Shown here: positions 24,920 to 33,416 of the stretch, piece by piece
Numbering within the stretch: position 1 is the stretch's first letter
Layout: every line of letters begins with the position of its first letter
Source: an uncultured Pseudomonadota bacterium
GTDB taxonomy: Bacteria; Pseudomonadota; Alphaproteobacteria; Rs-D84
Reading direction: 5' to 3'
DNA length: 38,449 nt
Assembly: GCA_947169505.1 (NCBI GenBank)
Contig: CAMVPZ010000001.1
Span: 1 to 38,449 of the forward strand
Notes under the pieces: generated by a model
The model's input: only the letters and a program-made list of their open reading frames with translations
Database searches by the model: none
What the model was told of the DNA's origin: nothing
Made by a program: the position numbers and the translations under genes

Positions 24920-26258
24920 TTCTTCCGTTTTCCAAACATTGTTTTATATCTATTCTTGATTCCAATCTTTGCCAAAAAACATACTGACAAATTATATTTT
25001 GTGATAAAGATTTATTGTTATAAACCTCATCTAATCCAGTTATAATGCTTTTACAAGAAACAGTTTTACCATCCATATCTTTTGGATTTTCAATAATTTC
25101 AAAAGAATCATTATTTATCGTATCTATATAAACATCCGGCAATAAAGATGTACCAGACGGTCTGATATCAATCAATAATGCGCCACTTTGTCCATTAAGC
25201 AATCCATAAGACGTTTGATCCCGCAAAGATACATTTGCAGCATAAATATTTTTAACTTCTATACCCATTTTTGTGTTGTACGATAAACTTTTTGAATCAA
25301 CGTAAACATCTTGGCCACGTGAAGCATCAATAAAAGAAGAAATATCCAATCTGTCCGTATAAAAATTAAAATTGTCTGAACGCACAGATCCATGAACATT
25401 CCAATCAGCCGGCCCAACAAAACTGGTTTTACCTTCGGCCATAGAAAAATCGTAAACAGCCGCAGAATTTGATTCAAATCCGCCCGCCACACCATATTTT
25501 GAAATCGTTCGCAAAGACAAATCACTGACATTCAATTCACCACGTGATAAAGACAAAGCCGCACCACCATCAGCACTTTGAAATACCGTTCTGTTTGCAT
25601 ATATGTCCGATATTTTGTTTTTTTCGTTTCGTCCAGATTCTACCCCGTAAAGAACCAAAGTATTAAACTGTGCAGTTTCAAAAATCCCATTTCTGGCAAA
25701 CAATACCCCAATTTTATCTATGGAATTATTATTCATGTCCAGTTCATTCAAAAAACCAATATTTTCATCTGTTTCTTTTTTAGAAACAATATCCGAATAC
25801 ACTGTATCAATTGGGATAATGACTTCTATATCTGTGCCATTAAGGCGCGCATAAAAACCAATCCTGCGTGCCAATTCTGCCATTTGTATTTTTGATAATT
25901 TTCCACCAGACACTTTTATAAAACCGATTATACCATCTGGGTTTTTATCGATAATCAATGATAATTTTTGTTTAAAACTGGTTTCTGGTACATATCCCAA
26001 CGGCAATCCATAACTTTCCAAAAGATCAACAAATTTATTCCCGGATAATTCTTGTTTTCTGTATGGTAAATTTTCTTTTTCTTCACGCAAATATATACGG
26101 GCGGCATTATATGCTGTTTCTATTTGTTCGGTTGCGGTATACATTTGTGCAGCAAAATCACGAGATGACAATTTTCGTGCAAAAAATGGCATAAAAGCAA
26201 ACACCAATGTTAATGCTAACAAAGCCTGCAATAAAAAATTACCACGTTGATTTCGCAA
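24906..26258 (-). CDS. Giant prepilin-like protein P3 (450 aa), Gln at +5
   Basis: MRNQRG|NFLLQALLALTLVFAFMPFF. A weaker copy of the motif (FLNELDMNNNSIDKIGVLFA). Four Cys in the last ~50 aa. Overlaps the P2 start by 14 nt. Confidence 0.55.
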   Translation of the reverse strand: MRNQRGNFLLQALLALTLVFAFMPFFARKLSSRDFAAQMYTATEQIETAYNAARIYLREEKENLPYRKQELSGNKFVDLLESYGLPLGYVPETSFKQKLSLIIDKNPDGIIGFIKVSGGKLSKIQMAELARRIGFYARLNGTDIEVIIPIDTVYSDIVSKKETDENIGFLNELDMNNNSIDKIGVLFARNGIFETAQFNTLVLYGVESGRNEKNKISDIYANRTVFQSADGGAALSLSRGELNVSDLSLRTISKYGVAGGFESNSAAVYDFSMAEGKTSFVGPADWNVHGSVRSDNFNFYTDRLDISSFIDASRGQDVYVDSKSLSYNTKMGIEVKNIYAANVSLRDQTSYGLLNGQSGALLIDIRPSGTSLLPDVYIDTINNDSFEIIENPKDMDGKTVSCKSIITGLDEVYNNKSLSQNIICQYVFWQRLESRIDIKQCLENGRNDCL

Positions 26259-26411
26259 AAAATCCCCCTTACATTCACCAGTTTAGCAATTGAAAAAAAT
26301 TATTGCAATCAGTTTTAAGATGTTGTAGCATGTATTTCGTACAAGAGAAAGATGGTAATACGTTATCATCAAAAAAGAATATTTCCTGAAATACACAACA
26401 AAAGAAAGAAC

Positions 26412-26726
26412 ATGGCTAATAAAAAAAATCAAACACCTGTGGGTCAGATGATTCAACGCTGCCACAAGTGGCGTCAAAAAAGAAAACAATATATCGATTT
26501 GGCACGTCAAACAAATGATGAAATTGAACGTGAACGTTTGTTGCAAACGGCTGAACATTACTGCCGTATCGCGAATGAAGAACAGGGCAAAATTGATTCT
26601 CAACGTGATCCAAAAGATAAATCTGTTGTTCAAGAAGAAATCAATGACACAACTGAAAATTCTGAACAAAATGATTCAGGTGAAGATGAAGAAATTGGTT
26701 TTCCAGAATTCATCACAAACGTTTAA
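26412..26726 (+). CDS. DUF4167-like protein
   Basis: YIDLARQTNDEIERERLLQTAEHYCRI resembles the alphaproteobacterial DUF4167 core (..Y..LAR......R...E...QHAEHY.R), recalled from memory. Acidic tail. Start chosen at MANKKNQ (ATG 26412). Confidence 0.55.
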   Translation: MANKKNQTPVGQMIQRCHKWRQKRKQYIDLARQTNDEIERERLLQTAEHYCRIANEEQGKIDSQRDPKDKSVVQEEINDTTENSEQNDSGEDEEIGFPEFITNV

Positions 26727-26783
26727 TTTTTTTAATTGAAATCGTATATTTATTTGCTATGCTTTTCCTATCAAGGAAGCATT

Positions 26784-28319
26784 ATGGAAAATAACTATAC
26801 AGTTTTAGCACGCAAATACAGAAGTCAAAATTTTGAAACCCTTATTGGGCAAGATGTTTTGGTTAAAACACTTACAACCGCTATTAATACCGGCCGTATT
26901 GCGCATGCGTATATTTTTACTGGAATTCGTGGAACTGGAAAAACCAGTACGGCTCGTATTTTGGCAAAGGCATTAAATTGTTTATCTTCTGATACTGCTA
27001 CATCAAAACCATGTGGGGTTTGTGAAAATTGTCGTGCGATTGCTGCCGGACAACATATTGATGTTATGGAAATCGATGCTGCATCACATACCGGTGTTGA
27101 TAATATGCGTGAAATTTTGGATGCGGCGCTTTATCGTCCAACAAACGCTCGATACAAAGTTTACATTATTGACGAAGTTCACATGTTATCTACCAGCGCA
27201 TTTAATGCGTTATTAAAAACATTGGAAGAACCACCTGCACATGTGATATTTATTTTGGCAACCACCGAAATTCGTAAAGTACCTGTCACTATTTTATCAC
27301 GATGCCAACGTTTTGATTTGGCACGTGTACCGGTTGAAACGTTAAAAAAACATTTTGCATGGGTTGCAGAACAAGAAAAAATTGAATTGACCGATGAAGC
27401 AAACGAATTATTGGCACGTGCTGCCGATGGTTCTGTGCGTGACGGGTTGTCTTTGTTGGATCAAGCGATTGCACAAACCGGCGGGCATGTTGATGAAACC
27501 GCTGTGCTTGATATGTTAAAAAGAACAGATCGGGGAACCGTTGTTAATTTTATGAAAACTGTTTTGTCTGGCGATGTCAGTGTTGCATTGGGTAAATTGG
27601 ATGAAATTTATGCGAATGGCGCTGATTTGACAATGTTATTAAACGATATGATGGAATGGGTTCATTGGGCGACACGTATGTATCCATCTTTGCGCTTACA
27701 AGATGCAGTATCTTCGCCGTATACAGCTGATCAACGTGAAACGATAAAGAAAATAAACGAAACAATTTCTTTGAATACTTTGTCCCGAATATGGCAGGTT
27801 ATGGTTGCTGCGGTACCTGAATTACAGGCTTCCAGTAATCAAAAACAATGTTTTGATATGTTGATTGTGCGGTTAATGCATATTGCAGACATGCCGTCTA
27901 TTCCAGAAATATTAAAACAAAACAAAAATGAAATTATACCGGAAAAAAAAACTGAACAGGTTATAATTGAAAAACCAAAATATAAAACCATAGACAGCGC
28001 AAAAGCATTGGTAGAAGAATTACAAAAATCACGTGAATTATTACTTTCTTCGTATGTCAGTTCTAATTTAGAAATTATTGAATTTGGCAATAATTTTATA
28101 AAATATTTCGATATTCAAGGCGATAAAAATTTCCAACAGAAATTGATATTGTGGTTAAAAGATAACACCGGTCAAGATTGGACAATAGAACGTGTTGCCG
28201 AAGACCCACACCAACAAACAATGTCTGAACATATTAAATCTGAGATAGTTGCAGACCCAATGGTGGCCAGTGCTATGGATTTATTCGAAGACGCAGAAAT
28301 AGTCAGTGTATCAAAATAA
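26784..28319 (+). CDS. dnaX: DNA polymerase III subunits tau/gamma
   Basis: MENNYTVLARKYRSQNFETLIGQD, Walker A GIRGTGKTS, zinc module CGVCENCRAI, KVYIIDEVHMLS, SRCQRF. Start ATG 26784 follows AAGGAAG. The track start at 26736 is a TTG extension. Confidence 0.93.
   Translation: MENNYTVLARKYRSQNFETLIGQDVLVKTLTTAINTGRIAHAYIFTGIRGTGKTSTARILAKALNCLSSDTATSKPCGVCENCRAIAAGQHIDVMEIDAASHTGVDNMREILDAALYRPTNARYKVYIIDEVHMLSTSAFNALLKTLEEPPAHVIFILATTEIRKVPVTILSRCQRFDLARVPVETLKKHFAWVAEQEKIELTDEANELLARAADGSVRDGLSLLDQAIAQTGGHVDETAVLDMLKRTDRGTVVNFMKTVLSGDVSVALGKLDEIYANGADLTMLLNDMMEWVHWATRMYPSLRLQDAVSSPYTADQRETIKKINETISLNTLSRIWQVMVAAVPELQASSNQKQCFDMLIVRLMHIADMPSIPEILKQNKNEIIPEKKTEQVIIEKPKYKTIDSAKALVEELQKSRELLLSSYVSSNLEIIEFGNNFIKYFDIQGDKNFQQKLILWLKDNTGQDWTIERVAEDPHQQTMSEHIKSEIVADPMVASAMDLFEDAEIVSVSK
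27943..27956 (+). other. A9 slippery run in dnaX with immediate stops in both alternative frames
   Basis: CCG GAA AAA AAA ACT GAA. The -1 frame reads AAA AAA AAC TGA. The +1 frame reads CTG AAC AGG TTA TAA. The site lies ~27 codons after the domain III helix MLIVRLMH. Confidence 0.45.
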
Positions 28320-28343
28320 CAGAAAACATCCAAGGGGATAAAA

Positions 28344-28799
28344 ATGAGAGAACAATCAGGACGTTCATTAATTGAAATCATCGGTGTTTTGGCAATCGGT
28401 GCAATAATGATATCTGCCACGTACAGCATATATCATTCAACAAACGAAAAACAAAAACGCTTAATCGCCAGTGAAGAATTAAAAGATATTGCACAAAAAA
28501 CAAAAACTCTTTTGGAATATTCCGGATATAAACCTGTGTCTGTGGATTATTTGATTGAAGCGGGCGTGATAAACAACGACCGTGCACCGGCAGGCGGTGA
28601 TGATTGGTCTGTGACCAGTAATTTCGAAGGTACAGAATTTTCTATTAATTTGACGGGGTTATCGTTTGAAGAATGCGCATATTTCACAACAAAAAAATTT
28701 GATTGGGTGACACATATCAGCGTCAATGAATATGAATCAAACGATTCTTCGTTTTGTATGAAATCTGGTGATAACACTTTGTCATTTTTTGCACAATAA
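28344..28799 (+). CDS. Type IV pilin-like protein (151 aa)
   Basis: MREQSG|RSLIEIIGVLAIGAIMISATYSIY: Gly at -1, Glu at +5 and a ~20-aa hydrophobic helix. Two C-terminal Cys (EECAYF...SSFCMK) could form a pilin D-region disulfide. RBS AAGGGGA lies upstream. Confidence 0.7.
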   Translation: MREQSGRSLIEIIGVLAIGAIMISATYSIYHSTNEKQKRLIASEELKDIAQKTKTLLEYSGYKPVSVDYLIEAGVINNDRAPAGGDDWSVTSNFEGTEFSINLTGLSFEECAYFTTKKFDWVTHISVNEYESNDSSFCMKSGDNTLSFFAQ

Positions 28800-28802
28800 A
28801 AC

Positions 28803-29483
28803 ATGAAAAGAAAAAACATATTTTTTATTATATTCGCAATCCTGTTATCAGGATGTATTCAATACCACAGCCCAGAAAGAAACGATTGGGATAAATATTT
28901 ATATGGTGCTTCTTTTATGGATATGACCGAAAACGCAAAGACCGCTAAATTGCCCGTATACATGGGACATGGTGGAAAAATAATAACCCAAACCGGTGAA
29001 TTATCTGGAAAAATGCAATACGGCGATAAAAATGCGGTTGATAATGCGGTATTAACAAATTATATGTCAAATTTAGAATATGAATTATATGATTCTTTGC
29101 GTAAATCCGGAATATCTGTTCAACGTTTTGGAACCGAAGTTGTCATAATTTTGGTTCGCAGTGCAATTATGAAAAACGACGTTGCAGATATATCGTCGAA
29201 TGGTGCAGACACATTAAAAATCATTTCAAAAATATTAAATAAATATAATGCGACATTCTTGGAAATCGCCGGATACACAGATTCTATGCAAAACAAAAAT
29301 GCTGCGTATGCTCTGTCAATAGATATGGCAAAACGTGTTGGTGTATATTTATCACAACACAATATTTCAACATCACGCATGTTTATTGTTGGGCGGGGCG
29401 CATCACGTCCAATCGCAGGTCAAGACGACATGGGACGTTTAACCAACAGACGTGTTGAAATAAGATTAAGTCCGGCACGATAA
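28803..29483 (+). CDS. OmpA/MotB-domain lipoprotein
   Basis: Lipobox LLSGC in MKRKNIFFIIFAILLSGCIQ. C-terminal OmpA-like domain: EIAGYTDSMQNKNAAYALSIDMAKRVGVYL...NRRVEIRL. Confidence 0.8.
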   Translation: MKRKNIFFIIFAILLSGCIQYHSPERNDWDKYLYGASFMDMTENAKTAKLPVYMGHGGKIITQTGELSGKMQYGDKNAVDNAVLTNYMSNLEYELYDSLRKSGISVQRFGTEVVIILVRSAIMKNDVADISSNGADTLKIISKILNKYNATFLEIAGYTDSMQNKNAAYALSIDMAKRVGVYLSQHNISTSRMFIVGRGASRPIAGQDDMGRLTNRRVEIRLSPAR

Positions 29484-29562
29484 ACATAAAAAATTCTTTG
29501 CTTTTTCCAATAATTATTGCTATAAAAAGTTTAGATATTCATTAACCAAAGGAAGAAAACAA

Positions 29563-30222
29563 ATGAAACAAACACAAGAATTAAATCCAATGTTAAAAAA
29601 ATATTCAAAAATGGGCATTATTGCGGGTGCGGTTGTAATCGTTGCATTACTTGGCATTTGGGCAATTTCTGCCGCTAAACGTGGTGTAGATACTGCAACA
29701 GCATTAAAAGAAGTGACAGAAACCGCTGTGACCGGTGCTGATTTACGTATTGCGATAATCAGCATGGATAAAATCCAAACCGATGCGGCAGTATTGGATG
29801 ATTTACATAAACAACGTGCATCTTTTGAAAGCAAATTAAAATCTAAATTGGAAAAAGAACAAAAGGCTATTGAAAAAGAAAAAGCAGACATTGAAAAATC
29901 TCAAGACATGTTATCCCAAGAAGCATTACAAAGACGTGTCGTTGATTATCAACGTCGTGTAAGCAATTTCCAAAAAGATTTATCTGAAAGCGCCCAGGCA
30001 ATCGAAGTATCATACCAAGAAGCATTGAATACAATTCAAAAGAAACACTTGGATCCAATTATCGAAGGTGTTATTGCCAAGAAAAATTTGGATTTGGTAA
30101 TTGATGGTCGTATGGCACGTGTTGGCAAAACCGTTGACGGTTTAGATATCACAGATGAAGTTGTTAAGGCATTAAATAAAAAAGTATCATCTGTTAAAAT
30201 GGCTACACCAAAAGGTATGTAA
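29563..30222 (+). CDS. skp: OmpH/Skp family periplasmic chaperone
   Basis: N-terminal anchor or signal, long Lys/Glu/Gln-rich helical region, and RIAIISMDKI...VVDYQRRVSNFQKDL...VIAKKNLDLVID, typical of OmpH. Confidence 0.75.
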   Translation: MKQTQELNPMLKKYSKMGIIAGAVVIVALLGIWAISAAKRGVDTATALKEVTETAVTGADLRIAIISMDKIQTDAAVLDDLHKQRASFESKLKSKLEKEQKAIEKEKADIEKSQDMLSQEALQRRVVDYQRRVSNFQKDLSESAQAIEVSYQEALNTIQKKHLDPIIEGVIAKKNLDLVIDGRMARVGKTVDGLDITDEVVKALNKKVSSVKMATPKGM

Positions 30223-30241
30223 AACCATTTCAAAAAACAAT

Positions 30242-30272
30242 AAAAAATACCGGCAAATGCCGGTGTTTTTTT
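30242..30272. terminator. Bidirectional intrinsic terminator (second copy of the CCGGCAAATGCCGG hairpin)
   Basis: A6, stem ACCGGC (30249-30254), loop AAAT, stem GCCGGT (30259-30264), T7. Lies between convergent skp and the ABC permease. Confidence 0.75.
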
Positions 30273-30280
30273 GTTAAATT

Positions 30281-31498
30281 TTATTCATATCGCAAACTGT
30301 CGATTGGGTTTAATTTTGCGGCTTTGATTGCCGGCATTACACCAGATGCCAACCCTACAACAATCGCCACAGAAATTGATAATATCACCGGCCAAATTGA
30401 AAACGGAACATTGTAATCCAATATAAACCGACCAACACCTTGGGATAAACCAACACCCAAAATTAATCCAATCATTGAACCAATGAATGATATCATTACT
30501 GATTCCGATAAAAATTGTATTATTATTACACGTTCTTGAGCGCCTATGGCTTTGCGAACACCGATTTCACGTGTGCGTTCCGCAACAGATACTAACATCA
30601 TATTCATAATACCGATTGAACCAACCAATAAAGATACTGCCGCAATCGCTATCAATAACAATTTTAAATAACCGGTTACAGTATCCATTGTTTCCATAAT
30701 TTGTTTCATGTCTGTAATTTGAAAATCGTCTTCATCTCCGTCTTTTAATCTGTGTCTTTGTCGCAAAAGAGATGTTATTTGTTCAATCACTACATTATTA
30801 TTTGCATCTGGAAATATTTTTAATGCTATCATTGTGACGGCATCTGGAAATTTAGAACCCTGTAATCGTTTTTTCAATGTGGTTATCGGTATTATTATCA
30901 TATCGTCTTGGGAGCCAAAGGCTGAATCACCACGCGCTTTCATAACCCCAACAACTACAAAAGGTATATGTTGAATGCGTATAAATTCACCAACTGGATT
31001 ATCGGGTAGTCCCAATTCATACGCTGTATCGGGGCCAATTATGGCATATGCAGACGCATTTTTTACCGCATTCATATCAAATGGCGCACCATATTCCATT
31101 TCTATATCTTGGATTGATAAATAATCTGGATATGCACCCAACACCATAGTCGACCAATTTTTATTTCCATATATAACCTGAGCCGTTCCCATTTGGGCGG
31201 GCGTTATATACATAACATCGCTTAAACGTTTTATTTGGTCTGTATCAGTTATTGTTAATGTTTGACGATTCCCAGTACGAACACCCCGATTACGTGCCGC
31301 CCCAGCACGCACTACAATAGTATTCGTACCAAGTGATGAAAATTGGTCTGTGATAGATTTTTGAACTGTTTCGCCAACTGCCACCATTATAACAACCGCC
31401 ATCACACCGATAATAATTCCCAAAACGGTCAAGAACGAACGTAATTTATTTCCGCTTATCGATATCCAAGATTCTTTTAAAATGTCGTACAGTGTCAT
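30281..31498 (-). CDS. ABC transporter permease, MacB/FtsX family
   Basis: N-terminal TM, a ~200-aa MacB-like periplasmic domain, and a C-terminal FtsX-type 3-TM bundle (ERTREIGVRKAIGA). Confidence 0.85.
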   Translation of the reverse strand: MTLYDILKESWISISGNKLRSFLTVLGIIIGVMAVVIMVAVGETVQKSITDQFSSLGTNTIVVRAGAARNRGVRTGNRQTLTITDTDQIKRLSDVMYITPAQMGTAQVIYGNKNWSTMVLGAYPDYLSIQDIEMEYGAPFDMNAVKNASAYAIIGPDTAYELGLPDNPVGEFIRIQHIPFVVVGVMKARGDSAFGSQDDMIIIPITTLKKRLQGSKFPDAVTMIALKIFPDANNNVVIEQITSLLRQRHRLKDGDEDDFQITDMKQIMETMDTVTGYLKLLLIAIAAVSLLVGSIGIMNMMLVSVAERTREIGVRKAIGAQERVIIIQFLSESVMISFIGSMIGLILGVGLSQGVGRFILDYNVPFSIWPVILSISVAIVVGLASGVMPAIKAAKLNPIDSLRYE

Positions 31499-32244
31499 TT
31501 TTTATGCCGTTTTTCCGATTTTAATAATGTTGTTTCACTTTTGGGAACTGCGCCATCATATGTAATACGTCCGTCGTAAATATGAATAAGACGTTTTGCG
31601 AATTGTGCTATTTCAAATTCATGTGTAATCATAATTATGGTTATGCCCATATCTTTATTTAATTTTTCAAAAAATTTCAATATCTCGGTCCCCATTTTAG
31701 AATCAAGAGAGCCTGTTGGTTCATCTGCCAAAATTAACTTTGGTTCTCCGGATAAAGCACGTGCAATCGCAACACGCTGTTTCATTCCACCAGATAATTG
31801 TGTTGGGAAATAAGTTTCAAAATTTTCCAATCCTACCAATCTTAACATTTCACGTGCACGGCGGATTCTGTCGTCCATAACAAAACCACGATACATTAAT
31901 GGCAACATTACGTTGTCAAGTATCGTTCGTTTTGGCAAAAGATTAAAGTTTTGAAAAATAAAACCAATATATTCATTTCGCACAACAGCTAATTCATCTG
32001 CCGTCATGGTTGTTATATCTTTGCCATACAATTCATATGTACCAGATGTCGCAGAATCAAGTGCGCCCACAATATTCATACACGTTGATTTACCTGAACC
32101 ACTTGGCCCCATAATTGCTACAAATTCCCCGGGATTAATTGTGAATGTTATATCAAATAAAACCTGTTGAATTCCACCAATGGCAAGTGGAAAACTTTTA
32201 CATATTTTATTCATAACTATTATCGGTATTTCTTTTTTCATCAC
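31495..32244 (-). CDS. ABC transporter ATP-binding protein (MacB/LolD-like)
   Basis: Walker A GPSGSGKST, signature LSGGMKQRVAIARAL, Walker B LILADEPTGSLD. Confidence 0.9.
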   Translation of the reverse strand: MMKKEIPIIVMNKICKSFPLAIGGIQQVLFDITFTINPGEFVAIMGPSGSGKSTCMNIVGALDSATSGTYELYGKDITTMTADELAVVRNEYIGFIFQNFNLLPKRTILDNVMLPLMYRGFVMDDRIRRAREMLRLVGLENFETYFPTQLSGGMKQRVAIARALSGEPKLILADEPTGSLDSKMGTEILKFFEKLNKDMGITIIMITHEFEIAQFAKRLIHIYDGRITYDGAVPKSETTLLKSEKRHKK

Positions 32245-33416
32245 ATTCTGGGCCCCGGCATTTTTGATTTATTAGTGGTTGTTTGTCCCGTAAAGCCAAC
32301 AACCAATTTATCGTTTTCACGAATTTCATTTGATATAATTTCTGTTTCTGTTGGGGTTGTGATTCCACGTTTATATGGAATAAAAACTATTTCTTTACCA
32401 CGTTTAATCGCCAAGTGAGTTTTCGGGGTTATATCATCACCAACATTATCAACAAGATTTTTATAAGACCGTATTAACAATCCAGAATTTTTTGTTTTCC
32501 ATGTGTCTTTGGCTTCTGCAACAACAACTGTCACAAAAGCAGTCATTCCAGGCATCAATTTTAAATCGCTGTTATCTACGTCAATTACCACAGTATAAAC
32601 AACAACGTTTGATACATTTGTGGGCGATAACCTTATTTGTTGTACGTTCCCTTTGAAAATTTGATTTGGATATGCATCAACAGTAAAAGTCACAGGCAAA
32701 CCTTCTTTGACCATACCAATATCTGCTTCGGATACAGCAGTTTCAATTTGCATTTTTGATAAATCTTCGGCTATTTCAAACAAATCCGGCGTTTGAAAAG
32801 ACGCAGCCACCGTTTGACCTTTGTCTACTTTGCGTGAAATAACTGTTCCGTCAACTGGCGAAGTTATTGTTGCATAACCCAGATTCGTGACAGCACGTTC
32901 ATATGAATATTGTGCTTTGTTAACTGCTTGCTCGGCTTGTTCATATAACGTTTGTGATTTTTCCATTTCTGCACGTGAAATAAAACCATCATTATATAAA
33001 CTTTTATTTCTTTCGAATTCGCTTTTGGTGTATTTTAATTCTGCTTTGGCTGAATCTAATAAAGCCTTGGATTCATCAACCGTTGATTGTAAAACAGACG
33101 GTTCAATTGTTAACAAAACATCGCCTTTTTTAACCACAGAATTATAATCAACAAAAATATTTTCAATTGTGCCAGAAACCTGGGAACCAACATTAATAGT
33201 ATTAACCGGCTGAATTTCCCCGGATGCTGTCACAGTTTGTGTTAAATCTCCACGTGATATATCCATTGTTATATAATCTTTTTTAGCACTGCGTGTTCCA
33301 AAATAAATCCATATTCCAACACCAATTAAAATTAAAAGTATTATTGTTGACCACCATTTATGTCGCCACATAAATGCAAAAAATCTTTTAATAAAATTTT
33401 GTTTTTTGGGTTCCAT
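32241..33416 (-). CDS. HlyD/MacA-family periplasmic adaptor
   Basis: N-terminal TM, GEIQPVNTINVGSQVSGTI lipoyl-like motif, coiled-coil hairpin and beta-barrel domains. Confidence 0.85.
   Translation of the reverse strand: MEPKKQNFIKRFFAFMWRHKWWSTIILLILIGVGIWIYFGTRSAKKDYITMDISRGDLTQTVTASGEIQPVNTINVGSQVSGTIENIFVDYNSVVKKGDVLLTIEPSVLQSTVDESKALLDSAKAELKYTKSEFERNKSLYNDGFISRAEMEKSQTLYEQAEQAVNKAQYSYERAVTNLGYATITSPVDGTVISRKVDKGQTVAASFQTPDLFEIAEDLSKMQIETAVSEADIGMVKEGLPVTFTVDAYPNQIFKGNVQQIRLSPTNVSNVVVYTVVIDVDNSDLKLMPGMTAFVTVVVAEAKDTWKTKNSGLLIRSYKNLVDNVGDDITPKTHLAIKRGKEIVFIPYKRGITTPTETEIISNEIRENDKLVVGFTGQTTTNKSKMPGPRM

Noticed and set aside
22407-26258. Possibility that the PilV-like genes form an invertible shufflon.
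   Set aside because: I saw no Rci-type recombinase gene and no set of short inverted sfx-like repeats. All three genes are complete, same-strand ORFs with their own prepilin N-termini. This points to tandem paralogues rather than a DNA-inversion switch.
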